DNA from: Eubacteriales bacterium
GTDB lineage: Bacteria; Bacillota; Clostridia; Oscillospirales; CAG-272
Reading direction: 5' to 3'
DNA: 64,000 nt
Assembly: GCA_045655765.1 (NCBI GenBank)
Contig: JAZOQA010000046.1
Location: forward strand, 1,586 to 65,585
Every line of letters begins with the position of its first letter. Position 1 is the stretch's first letter. Positions 28,804-38,172 of this stretch are shown here, piece by piece. Below the pieces are notes generated by a model. The model made no database searches, had not been told where the DNA came from, and saw only the letters and a program-made list of their open reading frames with translations. Made by a program: the position numbers and the translations under genes.

Positions 28804-28832
28804 ATTATACACCAAAAAGATTGATTTGTCAT
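28804..28832 (-). promoter_or_regulatory. Candidate promoter of the acyltransferase/GT8 genes
   Basis: On the minus strand: ATGACA (28832-28827), 17-nt spacer, TATAAT (28809-28804). Confidence 0.35.
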
Positions 28833-28947
28833 CCTAATTAGGCGTTTTATAGGTAGAAAATAATTCTACCTGCACTCTCCTCTGAGTAGAATCGCAGCGG
28901 TTTTGTAAACCTGAGGTTTACTTTTCGCTTTATTTTTAAATTAAACT

Positions 28948-29724
28948 TTATCTTAAATATATATAATTTAAAACACCCCAACACTGAACTGCCGCTCCCG
29001 CCAAAACAAAAAGATGCCATATAAAATGTGCCGCACGTCTTTCCACAGCACAGGGAATTACACCGACAGTATAGAATAGCCCTCCGACTAAAATCGTATA
29101 AAAGAAGTCTGCATTTGTTCGACTTATGCTCGGTAAAAGCAAAAGTGCACTCCAACCAAGAACAAGATAAAGGGCTATGTGTAATGCATACTTTGAAGTT
29201 CCGAAAACGAGTGCAGCGGTAGCTCCCAATATAATAACAGTCCACTGAATTAATAAAACGGCAGTCGTGTTAGATGAGGTGGAAATATTCAAAATAATAG
29301 GGCAAAACGTAGCTCCAATCAAAAGGTATACAGATGCATAATCAAAACGACGAAAAAGCCTCTTTGCAGCCCAGCCGTAAGGCATTGCGTGATATAAGCA
29401 GCTCGACAAAAACAAAATAAAAAGTCCAAAAAAATAAACCAAGCCGCCAACACGCTGAGAGAGAGTTTGAGAATGACTCATCATAATGACAAGTATAACA
29501 ATGGAAAGTGCCGCTCCTATACCGTGTGAAACGGCATTTCCAACCTCAACGGCAGTAGAGCGATGCGGAGGCTCCTCGGGGTCCTGAAAGCCTATAAGCT
29601 CAGCAAACGCTTTAATTTCCTTTTCGCACCGAAGCCGAAGGGCACTCTTTTCCCTCTTGTATATTTCACGCACCTCTTTTTTCATAAGACGCATTTCTTT
29701 TTTTACGCTCTGTTGCCCTCTCAT
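28948..29724 (-). CDS. Hemolysin III / PAQR-family membrane protein
   Basis: Seven predicted TM segments. The motif YHAMPYG is present, together with the C-terminal His pair in AAHFIWHLFVL. The start codon is uncertain. Confidence 0.75.
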   Translation of the reverse strand: MRGQQSVKKEMRLMKKEVREIYKREKSALRLRCEKEIKAFAELIGFQDPEEPPHRSTAVEVGNAVSHGIGAALSIVILVIMMSHSQTLSQRVGGLVYFFGLFILFLSSCLYHAMPYGWAAKRLFRRFDYASVYLLIGATFCPIILNISTSSNTTAVLLIQWTVIILGATAALVFGTSKYALHIALYLVLGWSALLLLPSISRTNADFFYTILVGGLFYTVGVIPCAVERRAAHFIWHLFVLAGAAVQCWGVLNYIYLR

Positions 29725-29863
29725 ACCGCACTCACTACCTTTTCCTAATTTTCTCTCACTATTATGTGCGAAAAATGGAAAAAGAATACAGAGGAGAAAG
29801 GTGTTTTTATATTTAATTTCGCTACACGGGTAGGCACTTATGAAAAAACTTCCTTAAAAACAG

Positions 29864-29905
29864 GGCAAAAAGCAAAAGAGGCGGTGCACTCACGGCACCG
29901 CCTCT
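29864..29905 (-). terminator. Terminator of the RpiB/LacAB-family gene
   Basis: 11-bp stem AGAGGCGGTGC / GCACCGCCTCT, followed on the minus strand by TTTGCTTTTT. Confidence 0.6.
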
Positions 29906-29914
29906 GATTTTCAG

Positions 29915-30553
29915 TTATGCAAGAATTTTCTTGACGCACTCTGCAATTCTGTCGCACTTACAGTTTTGGAAGAAATATTCCTTGAAGTTCTTGCCGCCGA
30001 GAGCACCCTTAACAAGCTCTCTGTCAAGGTTTTCAAGAATGTAAACGATGTCGGTATGAGTAACCTTTTTAACCTCGTCGAGAATTTTCTTGTTTCTCTG
30101 CTCGGGAACAGCTCTCTCACGGGGATAGCCAAGTCCCCACTCAGAAACGAAGAGCTTTTCAAAAACGTACTGAAGATTAAGCTCACAGCCCCAGCCCCAG
30201 CCCTTTGCAAAGGGCATTGCTATGGCGTTGCCGTTGTTAACCTGAGTGAACTGATATGCATCCGTAGGGTCTACCACGTGTCCGCAAAGAACACCGGGGA
30301 AGGAGTTGCAAGCAAGCATAGCACCCTCGCCCGTTCCGCAACCTGTGATAACAAGGTCGCAAGCACCGGAGTTAAGGAGCGTTGCCGCAAGAATTCCGAT
30401 TTGAACATAAGTAAGCTGCTCTTCGTCCTCGGCAGAATACATGCCGTAGTTGTAAACCTCGTGTCCGAGAGGCTCGACAACTTTTTTGAGGGTGTCACAG
30501 ATAAGTGCGTTTTTTGCAGCTTGGCTGTTTTCGTTGATAAGTGCGATTTTCAT
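29915..30553 (-). CDS. RpiB/LacA/LacB-family sugar-phosphate isomerase, long (212-aa) form
   Basis: The core ITGCGTGEGAMLACNSFPGV resembles RpiB/LacAB, with an extra C-terminal domain. Confidence 0.7.
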   Translation of the reverse strand: MKIALINENSQAAKNALICDTLKKVVEPLGHEVYNYGMYSAEDEEQLTYVQIGILAATLLNSGACDLVITGCGTGEGAMLACNSFPGVLCGHVVDPTDAYQFTQVNNGNAIAMPFAKGWGWGCELNLQYVFEKLFVSEWGLGYPRERAVPEQRNKKILDEVKKVTHTDIVYILENLDRELVKGALGGKNFKEYFFQNCKCDRIAECVKKILA

Positions 30554-30683
30554 TAATTTTATCTCCTTTAAATCGTTTTTTGTATAGAGGGTGTAATACG
30601 AGAAGCGGCGAGAAACACAGGCGACGGTGTAGGTTGCTACTCCGAGCCGAGTATCGAAGCCAACTTTGAAGTATTACACAAAA

Positions 30684-31970
30684 TTACGGTGTCAAGCGGT
30701 TAGGTCCGCGGAAGAGGAATTGCACCTCTTTGATGGGAATGCCGAGGAAGAGCATAGTAAGCCTGTCTATGCCCAATCCGAAGCCGCCGTGAGGCGGACA
30801 GCCGTATTTGAAGAATTCAAGATAAAATTTTACGTCCTCTGCAAGTCCCTTTTCCTCTGCTTGAGCTTTCAAAACGTCGTATCTATGCTCACGCTGTGCA
30901 CCGGTGGTTATTTCAACACCACGCCAAATAAGGTCGTAGCCCTGGGGAACACCGTTCTCATCACGCATATGATAAAACGCACGCTCGGGTGCACTGTAGT
31001 CCGTGATAAAGAGGAACTCGTGACCGAACATATCAAGGGCAAGCTGCTTGGTCATCCTCTCAGCCTCGGTGGTGAGGTCGCCCTTAAGCTCGTCCGGTAC
31101 GGTATAGCCGTATCTTGCTTCAAGCTCTTTATAAACATCAGCAAGCTTCATTCTCGGGAACGGAAGCGTGGGAACAACAAGCTCCTCGCCAAAAAGCTCA
31201 AGAAGCTCATCACCGTGTGCTTCTTTAACCTTTTTTATTGCATAGGTTAGCAGCTCTTCCTCAATCTTCATAACGTCATCAAAGGAATCAATGTATGAAA
31301 ACTCAAGGTCGAAGCCCGAAAATTCGGTTGCGTGCTTGTTGGTATAGGACTTTTCCGCTCTAAAAACAGGACCTGTTTCAAATATACGTTCAATTCCCGC
31401 TGCCATAGCCATCTGCTTATAGAATTGGGGAGACTGTGCAAGGTATGCCTTTGTGTCAAAGTACTTTACCTCAAAAACATCAGATCCTGACTCACTTGCC
31501 GCTGCGATGAGCTTGGGCGTGTGGATCTCCACGAAATTACGCTCTGTCAAAAATTCACGCATTGCGGCGGTGAGGGTGGTTTGCAGACGCAGCATAAGGT
31601 GATTTTTGTCACGCCTTAAATCAATCCATCTGTAATCCATACGTACGTCGATGTCGGAGTCATCCTTAATAGGAAGCGCCTCGGCATAGGACTCAACTCT
31701 CATTTTTGCGGGATACATTTCCTTGCCGCCGAGCTTGACGTACTCACTTTCTACAACCTCGCCCTCAAAGGTGACGACGGAGTGAATAGTAAGCTTGTCG
31801 AGCATCTCGCACATTTCGGGGTGCTCTTCCTTAACAACGGTGACCTGGAGCTTGCCAGTAATGTCCTTTACAACGATGAACGCCATATTCTTTTTGTTGC
31901 GGAAATTCTCCACAAATCCGCTTATGCGGTGCTTGCCGGGAGTGATACCGCCGATATAAGTTCTTTCCAT
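30684..31970 (-). CDS. aspS: Aspartate--tRNA ligase, type 2 (archaeal/short form, 428 aa)
   Basis: Class IIb motifs FRAEKSYTNKHATEF and GGFGLGIDRL, and the C-terminal ...RGPNRLTP typical of AspRS rather than AsnRS. Confidence 0.8.
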   Translation of the reverse strand: MERTYIGGITPGKHRISGFVENFRNKKNMAFIVVKDITGKLQVTVVKEEHPEMCEMLDKLTIHSVVTFEGEVVESEYVKLGGKEMYPAKMRVESYAEALPIKDDSDIDVRMDYRWIDLRRDKNHLMLRLQTTLTAAMREFLTERNFVEIHTPKLIAAASESGSDVFEVKYFDTKAYLAQSPQFYKQMAMAAGIERIFETGPVFRAEKSYTNKHATEFSGFDLEFSYIDSFDDVMKIEEELLTYAIKKVKEAHGDELLELFGEELVVPTLPFPRMKLADVYKELEARYGYTVPDELKGDLTTEAERMTKQLALDMFGHEFLFITDYSAPERAFYHMRDENGVPQGYDLIWRGVEITTGAQREHRYDVLKAQAEEKGLAEDVKFYLEFFKYGCPPHGGFGLGIDRLTMLFLGIPIKEVQFLFRGPNRLTP

Positions 31971-32006
31971 TTTTTTGCGTCCTTTCGGCTAAAATATTCT
32001 TTTTTA

Positions 32007-32035
32007 ATTATATACTTTTTCAACTTAAATGTCAA
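32007..32035 (-). promoter_or_regulatory. Promoter of aspS
   Basis: On the minus strand: TTGACA (32035-32030), 17-nt spacer, TATAAT (32012-32007). Confidence 0.5.
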
Positions 32036-32176
32036 GAGCAAAAAAAGTACAAATTTCTCCGCCCGGTGCACTTGAAAAAGCATAAGACGGCATTTTTCGT
32101 TAAATTTTTGCTTCTCACTCTTTTATGTAAACTTTAATTTACATATTTTTTGGATTTATTTAACACGGGTGTAGGT

Positions 32177-32962
32177 TTACATTTTTTCAAGGAGCTTTAA
32201 ATTCCTTAAAACTGTCTCCTTGCCTCTCCACGAGTATGCACGCTCGGAAAATTCCGTGTCCGTCATATTTTCAAGCAAGCTTGTATTTAAGCTTTTAATT
32301 TTGGAGGTGTAAAAAAAATCAATGGGCGTTTGCTTTGGATTTTGATTGTACGGACATACGCTTTGGCAAATGTCACAGCCCCAAGCCGTGTTGTATTTTA
32401 GTATAAAAAAAGCTTCTTTCTCCGTCAAATCTCCTTTTTTTTGAGTTAGAGCGGACAGGCACTCGCCAATTTCACCCTTGGGGCAAGCGGTGGTACAAAG
32501 TCCGCACTCACAGCAAGTCTGTACATTACTTGTTGTGTATATGCATTCAAGCTCTGCACTTGTAATCACCTCGCCAATGAAGACGTATGAGCCGTATTTT
32601 TCATTAATTAAAAGACCGTTTTTGCCAAGAATTCCAAGGCCGCATTTTGCAGCGGCATCACGCTCATCAATGGGGCTGTGGTCGCCAAAGGCTCGTGAGT
32701 GACAACTGTATTTTTCATCAAGAAGCCTGCAAAGCTCATCACCAATTTTGCGGATAAATATATGATAGTCTCGGGATACGGCATAAGACGACACGTTTGT
32801 GCCCTCCTCTATGAAATAAGGAATTAGAAAAACTATAACACTCTTAGGTGTAAAGGCTATACGGTCAACAAGATGCGGCTTTGTTATGCGACACTCGTCA
32901 AATGGAATGATAGCGAAATATTCAATTTTATTCTCTTTAAAGAACTCATTTAATCCGCTCAT
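32177..32962 (-). CDS. QueG-like epoxyqueuosine reductase / DUF1730-type 4Fe-4S protein (short form, 261 aa)
   Basis: The segments SRDYH and GLGILGKNGLLINEKYGSYVFIGE, and two Cys clusters (CCECGLCTTACP and CDICQSVCPYN). Confidence 0.65.
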   Translation of the reverse strand: MSGLNEFFKENKIEYFAIIPFDECRITKPHLVDRIAFTPKSVIVFLIPYFIEEGTNVSSYAVSRDYHIFIRKIGDELCRLLDEKYSCHSRAFGDHSPIDERDAAAKCGLGILGKNGLLINEKYGSYVFIGEVITSAELECIYTTSNVQTCCECGLCTTACPKGEIGECLSALTQKKGDLTEKEAFFILKYNTAWGCDICQSVCPYNQNPKQTPIDFFYTSKIKSLNTSLLENMTDTEFSERAYSWRGKETVLRNLKLLEKM

Positions 32963-33061
32963 TTTCTTTTCCTTTCGCTCTGTTATATTCTATTTTAACA
33001 CAACGGATAAAAAATTTCAACACGTTTGACCCTTATATCGGCGACATTTTTTATATATTTC

Positions 33062-33090
33062 TTGACTTTCAGCTCTAAATATATTATAAT
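33062..33090 (+). promoter_or_regulatory. Promoter of plsY
   Basis: TTGACT (33062-33067), 17-nt spacer, TATAAT (33085-33090). Confidence 0.5.
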
Positions 33091-33148
33091 ATAATAGTGA
33101 AATTTTGCACGGTACTCAAACAAATTTCCGTGCACGGAGGTAACTTTA

Positions 33149-33892
33149 ATGTTTTTAAACGGACTCATCCCTCATTTTTTCGGTGACAGTCTTTTGCTCG
33201 TATGTCTCGGCATTGCGGCGGTGGCAATCATTCCCTACCTGCTCGGAAGCGTGAATTCGGCAATTCTTATATCAAAGCTCGTGTACCAAGAGGACATCAG
33301 AAATCACGGAAGCAAAAACGCAGGGCTTACAAATATGCACCGCACCTTTGGACTCAAGGCGGCGGGACTTACTCTCCTTGGAGATATGCTGAAAACCATT
33401 CTTTCTATCCTTGTTGCTTTCTTTCTGTTCGGCTTTTCTTACAGCAAGGCTTTCTGTACGAATCCTTTTGCATTCGTTGCCGGAGCGGCTGCGGTTTTGG
33501 GTCACGTTTTCCCTGTTTATTACGGCTTTAAGGGGGGAAAAGGAGTGCTCGTAACGTCTACTATGGCACTTATGCTCACGCCCCCCATATTCGGAGTGCT
33601 GCTCCTTATATTTATCGGAATGGTGGCAATGACGAAGTACATTTCCCTGGGTTCTGTGACGGTTGCACTTCTCTACCCTGTTTGTCTTAGCTTCTATTCA
33701 CTCACTTTCTTTTTAAAGCCTCTTTCGTTCAGCGTTGCGTCCGTTTCCATTCTTCTTGCCGTTTTCATCGTGTGGCTTCACCGTGAAAACCTAAAGCGTA
33801 TAGGAAACAGAACCGAGCGTAAATTCTCGTTTAAGAAAAAGGGCGAGGAAAAGACGCAAAAGTCAGAAGAGGATTCCGAGGATGATGAGTGA
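33149..33892 (+). CDS. plsY: Glycerol-3-phosphate acyltransferase PlsY with a charged C-terminal extension
   Basis: Motifs GSVNSAIL, HGSKNAGLTN and FKGGKGV. Confidence 0.85.
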   Translation: MFLNGLIPHFFGDSLLLVCLGIAAVAIIPYLLGSVNSAILISKLVYQEDIRNHGSKNAGLTNMHRTFGLKAAGLTLLGDMLKTILSILVAFFLFGFSYSKAFCTNPFAFVAGAAAVLGHVFPVYYGFKGGKGVLVTSTMALMLTPPIFGVLLLIFIGMVAMTKYISLGSVTVALLYPVCLSFYSLTFFLKPLSFSVASVSILLAVFIVWLHRENLKRIGNRTERKFSFKKKGEEKTQKSEEDSEDDE

Positions 33893-35066
33893 TTTTGTAG
33901 CACTCATTGTCTCTTCATTTGGGCGTGAGGTATTAAAAAAGCTTGTCTTTTCAAGACCTATTGATAGTGAGTCTCCAAAAAAGGTTTCAGGCAGGCTTTG
34001 CGCCCACAGGGACAGACGTGTTCTTGCACTTGAATATTCCCTCTCCGACAACACCGTTGCTCAAAAAAACGTCAAAGAATCGGAGCTTGCTTCTACGTTA
34101 GAGGCACTGACCGCAAGCTACAAGCAGGTCAACCTCATAACGGAGATTGGAGAGGCTGAACGCAAGCTCAGCGGGGACGGGAAAGAGGTGCTCCTCGGTG
34201 CGGACAAGCTGAAAAGAAAGCTTGAGGGTAAAGCCCCCACCTTTGAGCGTGCACTCGAAGAGCTTGATAAGAAAAAGACTTATATTTTCGACGGAACGGA
34301 GCCGTTTTTCAAAGCACTTGGAATCAGCAACAGCTCCGGGCGAGTCCACGACAAAAAGCAAAGCAAATTCAGACAAATCTGCCGCTTTGCAGAGCATATA
34401 TCGGTTATATATTCAAGGCTCCCCGAGCAGGGAGATCTTCTCGTATACGACCTTTGCTGCGGAAAAAGCTACCTTGGCTTTGCGGTATATCATTACCTTA
34501 CGAAAATCAAGGGCCGCCGTGTCAGAATGCTCGGTGTGGACCTCAAGGGTGATACGGTAAAGCGGTGCGACGGAATAGCTCGTGAAATCGGCTTTTCGGG
34601 TATGCATTTCATCACCGAGGACATCAGAAATCTTCCAAAGGACGAAATCCCCGACCTTGTTCTTTCTTTACACGCCTGCGACGTCGCAACGGATATAGTG
34701 CTTGATTCAGCCGCAAGCCTCGGCGCCTCCGTCATTCTTTCAACACCGTGCTGTCACAGATATTTAAACGGCAAGGTCACCTCACCTGAGCTTGAATTCG
34801 TCACCAAATTCCCTCACCTTTCAAACAAGCTATGCGAGGCTCTGACTGATGCAATACGTCTTGCAAGACTCAGGACTATGGGATATAAGGTTGCCGCCCT
34901 TGAGCTTACTGACCCCGATGACACACCTAAAAACACTCTAATCAGAGCGATAAAAAATCCGCACGTAACCGAGGCGGAGCTTTTGAGTGCAAGAGATGAA
35001 TATGAAAGGATCCTAAGATTTGTCCTTGGTGAGGGTGCTTTGACGTATCTTTCGGAATACAAATAA
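33882..35066 (+). CDS. Class I SAM-dependent methyltransferase (394 aa)
   Basis: Motif I is VYDLCCGKSYLG and the post-I region is LGVDL. The start overlaps the plsY stop by 11 nt. Confidence 0.7.
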   Translation: MMSDFVALIVSSFGREVLKKLVFSRPIDSESPKKVSGRLCAHRDRRVLALEYSLSDNTVAQKNVKESELASTLEALTASYKQVNLITEIGEAERKLSGDGKEVLLGADKLKRKLEGKAPTFERALEELDKKKTYIFDGTEPFFKALGISNSSGRVHDKKQSKFRQICRFAEHISVIYSRLPEQGDLLVYDLCCGKSYLGFAVYHYLTKIKGRRVRMLGVDLKGDTVKRCDGIAREIGFSGMHFITEDIRNLPKDEIPDLVLSLHACDVATDIVLDSAASLGASVILSTPCCHRYLNGKVTSPELEFVTKFPHLSNKLCEALTDAIRLARLRTMGYKVAALELTDPDDTPKNTLIRAIKNPHVTEAELLSARDEYERILRFVLGEGALTYLSEYK

Positions 35067-35083
35067 AGGGTTTATGCTGTTTT

Positions 35084-35530
35084 ATGCTTGAATTTTTAAC
35101 AAAAAATACTGTCGAAACTGAGAATATTGGTTCGCTTTTGGCTAAAAAACTCGACACGGGTGCTATGTTCGGCACTTTCATCGCCCTAAGAGGTGAGATG
35201 GGTGTCGGCAAGACCGCCTTTGTCAGAGGCTTTGCTTCATACTTCGATATTTCGGGTGTACGCAGCCCTACTTACACCGTGGTCAACGAGTATTCGGGTC
35301 GTGTGACGATTTATCATTTTGATATGTACAGGCTCGAGGACGAGGATGACCTCTATTCTATCGGATACGAGGACTATGTCAATTCCGATGCCTTTTGTAT
35401 TGCGGAGTGGTCGGAGAATATTGAGGAGCTTTTGCCCCCTGAAAGAATAACGGTCAAAATAGAAAGACTTGCCGATGATGAAAACGCAAGGCGGATAACA
35501 ATCGAGCCTTTGGGAGGACTTGTAATATGA
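35084..35530 (+). CDS. tsaE: tRNA t6A37 biosynthesis ATPase TsaE
   Basis: P-loop GEMGVGKTAFVRG and the motif YHFDMYRL. Confidence 0.85.
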   Translation: MLEFLTKNTVETENIGSLLAKKLDTGAMFGTFIALRGEMGVGKTAFVRGFASYFDISGVRSPTYTVVNEYSGRVTIYHFDMYRLEDEDDLYSIGYEDYVNSDAFCIAEWSENIEELLPPERITVKIERLADDENARRITIEPLGGLVI

Positions 35531-36237
35531 TAACTATGGCATTTGACTCGACGGCAAAATCCGCAAGCGTGGCGGTCTTGGAGGACGAGCATACGCTTGC
35601 CTGCTTCACCGTCGATAACGGACTTACTCAAAGCGAGCTTTTGCTTCCGCTAGCGGAGGATATGCTAAAAGCCCTGAAGCTCTCGTTTGATGACGTGGGA
35701 CTGTACGCTGTGGCGGCGGGCCCCGGCTCGTTTACGGGAGTTAGAATTGGCGTTTGCTTAATCAAGGGGCTTTCTTTTGGACGTGGCGTGCCTTGCGTAT
35801 GCCTTTCGACGCTTGAAGCACTTGCAGAAAATGCAAGAGGGCTTTCGGGTGTGGTCGTTCCTGTAATGGACGCACGCAGAAATCAGGTGTACGGCGCGAT
35901 ATTTTCTTCAGACGGCAAATCACTTAAAAGACTTGCTTCCGACGGTGCGTATTCCATAACAGAGCTTGCCGAGATGCTGAAAGCATACGAAAATCAGCCT
36001 ATATATCTTGTGGGGGACGGGTATTCTGTGGCATACAAGGGGCTTTTGGAATGCGGTGTCAGCTTATGCAACACTCCAAAGGCTCTGATACTCGGGTGTG
36101 CCGCAAGCATTGCACGCCTTGCTCTTGAAAAATATAGGTGCGGTGAGTACACCACCGATACTGAGGCGGCACCGACTTACCTTCGCTTGCCGCAAGCGGA
36201 GCGTGAAAGACTTGAAAGAGAAAATAACAATAAATAA
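35527..36237 (+). CDS. tsaB: tRNA t6A37 biosynthesis protein TsaB
   Basis: The motif GPGSFTGVRIG, and a 4-nt overlap with tsaE. Confidence 0.85.
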   Translation: MITMAFDSTAKSASVAVLEDEHTLACFTVDNGLTQSELLLPLAEDMLKALKLSFDDVGLYAVAAGPGSFTGVRIGVCLIKGLSFGRGVPCVCLSTLEALAENARGLSGVVVPVMDARRNQVYGAIFSSDGKSLKRLASDGAYSITELAEMLKAYENQPIYLVGDGYSVAYKGLLECGVSLCNTPKALILGCAASIARLALEKYRCGEYTTDTEAAPTYLRLPQAERERLERENNNK

Positions 36238-36264
36238 TACTATAACAAGGAGAACTCTATATTT

Positions 36265-36720
36265 ATGAAGAATACAATCTACATCGGTGCAGACAGTGCC
36301 GGCTATGTCCTCAAGGAGCACGTAAGGGAGCTGCTTTCGCAAAAAGGCTATAAGGTAATCGACTGCGGAACGGATTCCGAGGCGTCTTGTCACTATCCCG
36401 TATTCGCATCAAAGGTATGCGAGGGCGTGCTTTCCGAGGCGGATAACGCTTACGGCATACTTATCTGCGGCACCGGTATTGGAATGTCTATGTGTGCGAA
36501 CAAGTATAACGGCATCAGGGCGGCGGTTTGCGGCGATACATATTCGGCAAGAATGACACGCTGTCACAACGATGCAAACGTGCTTTGCATCGGAGCAAGA
36601 GTCACGGGTGTGTGCCTTGCCGAGGACATTGTTGAAAGCTTCCTTAGCGCAGAGTACGAGGGCGGCAGACACGCAATAAGAGTCGGTATGATGACTGATA
36701 TTGAGGCAAAACAAAAGTAA
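36265..36720 (+). CDS. rpiB: Ribose-5-phosphate isomerase B
   Basis: Motifs ICGTGIGMSMCANK and RCHNDANVLCIGARV. Confidence 0.85.
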   Translation: MKNTIYIGADSAGYVLKEHVRELLSQKGYKVIDCGTDSEASCHYPVFASKVCEGVLSEADNAYGILICGTGIGMSMCANKYNGIRAAVCGDTYSARMTRCHNDANVLCIGARVTGVCLAEDIVESFLSAEYEGGRHAIRVGMMTDIEAKQK

Positions 36721-36730
36721 ATATTTTATA

Positions 36731-36773
36731 AAAACGGCTGCTCTCCAAAACAAGTGGGAGCAGCCGTTTTTTG
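36731..36773. terminator. Bidirectional terminator after rpiB
   Basis: AAAACGGCTGCTC ... GAGCAGCCGTTTTTT. Confidence 0.65.
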
Positions 36774-36806
36774 TTTATTCAGTGTAAAATAAGCTTTCTT
36801 TAAAAA

Positions 36807-37055
36807 TCAAAACAAGTTGTCTTTGCCGAGGTACATATCACGCTTTTCTTCCTCGGAAAGCTCGTCGATGTCCATACCCTTTCTCATTGCCGTCCAAGCA
36901 CGGTTCGGCACAGGAGGATTGAATGCAGGGAGGGAGATTTCGGGCGAGTTAATTCCGGGGACAGAATTCTGCTTATTTCCGGGAAAACGCTCGGACTCGG
37001 GCTTGTAGGTTGCACTTTTCGGGGGAAAATTCTTTTTGTCGTTTTTCTTTTCCAT
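36807..37055 (-). CDS. Small hypothetical protein (82 aa)
   Basis: The ATG at 37055 is preceded by the RBS AAAGGAA. The product is Pro/Lys-rich and soluble. I recognise no family. Confidence 0.45.
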   Translation of the reverse strand: MEKKNDKKNFPPKSATYKPESERFPGNKQNSVPGINSPEISLPAFNPPVPNRAWTAMRKGMDIDELSEEEKRDMYLGKDNLF

Positions 37056-37191
37056 TTTCAAGTTCCTTTCGGGTGGCGGTTCCATCCGAGGATATTTTCT
37101 GCTATTTTCCGATTTTTATACATTTAAGTTGCGGCTCTTGAAAAGCTGTCTGTTTTGTGTTAAAATAAAGGAAAGAGGGGTATTTTTTATT

Positions 37192-38082
37192 ATGCTATAT
37201 AACAATTTAAGCGGATATTTCAGAAAAAAATACGGAAAAAGACTTGGAAAAATATGCATCGACGGCGGCTTTTCCTGCCCTAACCGTGACGGTACGGCGG
37301 GAGTTGGCGGCTGTATTTTCTGCGGTGAGCGAGGTGCGGGCGAGCATATAGATGCGACAAAATCGATAAAAGAGCAAGTAAACGCCGCACTTGAAAAAGC
37401 GGGCGACGACGACAGATTCGTCGTATACTTTCAGAATTTCACCAACACTTACGCCGACGTCAAAACGCTTGCCGAGCGTTACGATGCCGCACTATTTGAC
37501 CCGAGGGTGGTTGCACTTGCTATAGGAACACGCCCCGACTGCATTGACAGAGAGCGTGCGGAGCTAATCGCTTCATATAAGAAAAGGTGCGACGTTTGGA
37601 TGGAGCTTGGACTTCAAACGGCAAGTGACGAAACTGCAAAGAAAATCAACCGAGGCTATGAAACAAAGGTCTTTGAGAAGACTGTGCATCTGCTTTCGGA
37701 ATTTGAAATTCCTACGGTTGCACATATCATAATCGGACTGCCGGGCGAGGGGCTTTCAGAGGTGCAAAAAACAGCTGATTTCTTAACACGCCTACCCATT
37801 TGGGGACTTAAAATCCATTCAATTTACGTAATGGAGGGCACAAGGCTTGCACAGATGTACCGCCTCGGTGAATACACGCCGCCCACGCTTGACGAATACC
37901 TTGAAGCGGCGGAATACGTCCTTTCTCACACAAGACCCGAGGTTGTAATACACCGCCTGACGGGCGACTGCCCACGGGATATGCTAATCGCTCCGGAGTG
38001 GAACCGTGACAAGCACGCTATAATTGACTCACTTGTAAAAAGACTTGAAGAAAAGGGGCTTTTTCAAGGAGCCTTACTCTAA
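37192..38082 (+). CDS. TIGR01212-family radical SAM protein
   Basis: I place the start at MLYNNLSGYF (ATG 37192, after the RBS GAGGGG). Motifs GGFSCPNRDGT and GGCIFCGERG. The track's 37036 start adds an implausible hydrophobic leader. Confidence 0.8.
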   Translation: MLYNNLSGYFRKKYGKRLGKICIDGGFSCPNRDGTAGVGGCIFCGERGAGEHIDATKSIKEQVNAALEKAGDDDRFVVYFQNFTNTYADVKTLAERYDAALFDPRVVALAIGTRPDCIDRERAELIASYKKRCDVWMELGLQTASDETAKKINRGYETKVFEKTVHLLSEFEIPTVAHIIIGLPGEGLSEVQKTADFLTRLPIWGLKIHSIYVMEGTRLAQMYRLGEYTPPTLDEYLEAAEYVLSHTRPEVVIHRLTGDCPRDMLIAPEWNRDKHAIIDSLVKRLEEKGLFQGALL

Positions 38083-38084
38083 AA

Positions 38085-38116
38085 ATAAAAAAATCCAACT
38101 TCGGTTGGATTTTTTA
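38085..38116 (+). terminator. Terminator of the radical SAM gene
   Basis: ATCCAAC-TTCG-GTTGGAT followed by TTTTTT. Confidence 0.65.
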
Positions 38117-38126
38117 TTTTCGTATT

Positions 38127-38166
38127 AAAAACTCCACACAGGGTAGCACCCGTGTGGAGTTTTTAG
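38127..38166 (-). terminator. Terminator of the pur operon, after purL
   Basis: The hairpin CTCCACACAGGGT/ACCCGTGTGGAG is flanked by an A-run and a T-run. Confidence 0.6.
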
Positions 38167-38172
38167 TTGTTT

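Noticed and set aside
28847-29245. A 132-aa minus-strand ORF overlapping the 3' end of the hemolysin-III gene.
   Set aside because: It is out of frame with the well-supported PAQR ORF, Cys-rich and without an RBS.
31971-32176. A T-box leader upstream of aspS.
   Set aside because: The region shows only a promoter 36 nt before the ATG. There is no specifier loop, no T-box sequence and no terminator/antiterminator pair.
25846-35162. CTCGACACGGGTG also occurs inside coding regions (25846-25858, reverse complement, in the GT8-acyltransferase gene, and 35150-35162 in tsaE). CACGGGTG occurs in several other CDSs.
   Set aside because: Both of the longer coding hits encode the peptide KLDTGA, so codon usage explains them. 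I counted only the intergenic occurrences as a signal.
37036-37191. N-terminal extensions proposed by the track for the radical SAM gene. The same issue applies to the large lipoprotein (7049-7117), typA (58223-58288), the WYL regulator (52948-53004), oppF (22251-22286), purD (43139-43165) and purL (41860-41886).
   Set aside because: Internal ATG codons preceded by good GGAGG-type RBSs give N-termini that match the family-typical starts. The extensions are hydrophobic or low-complexity, or they overlap the upstream genes.
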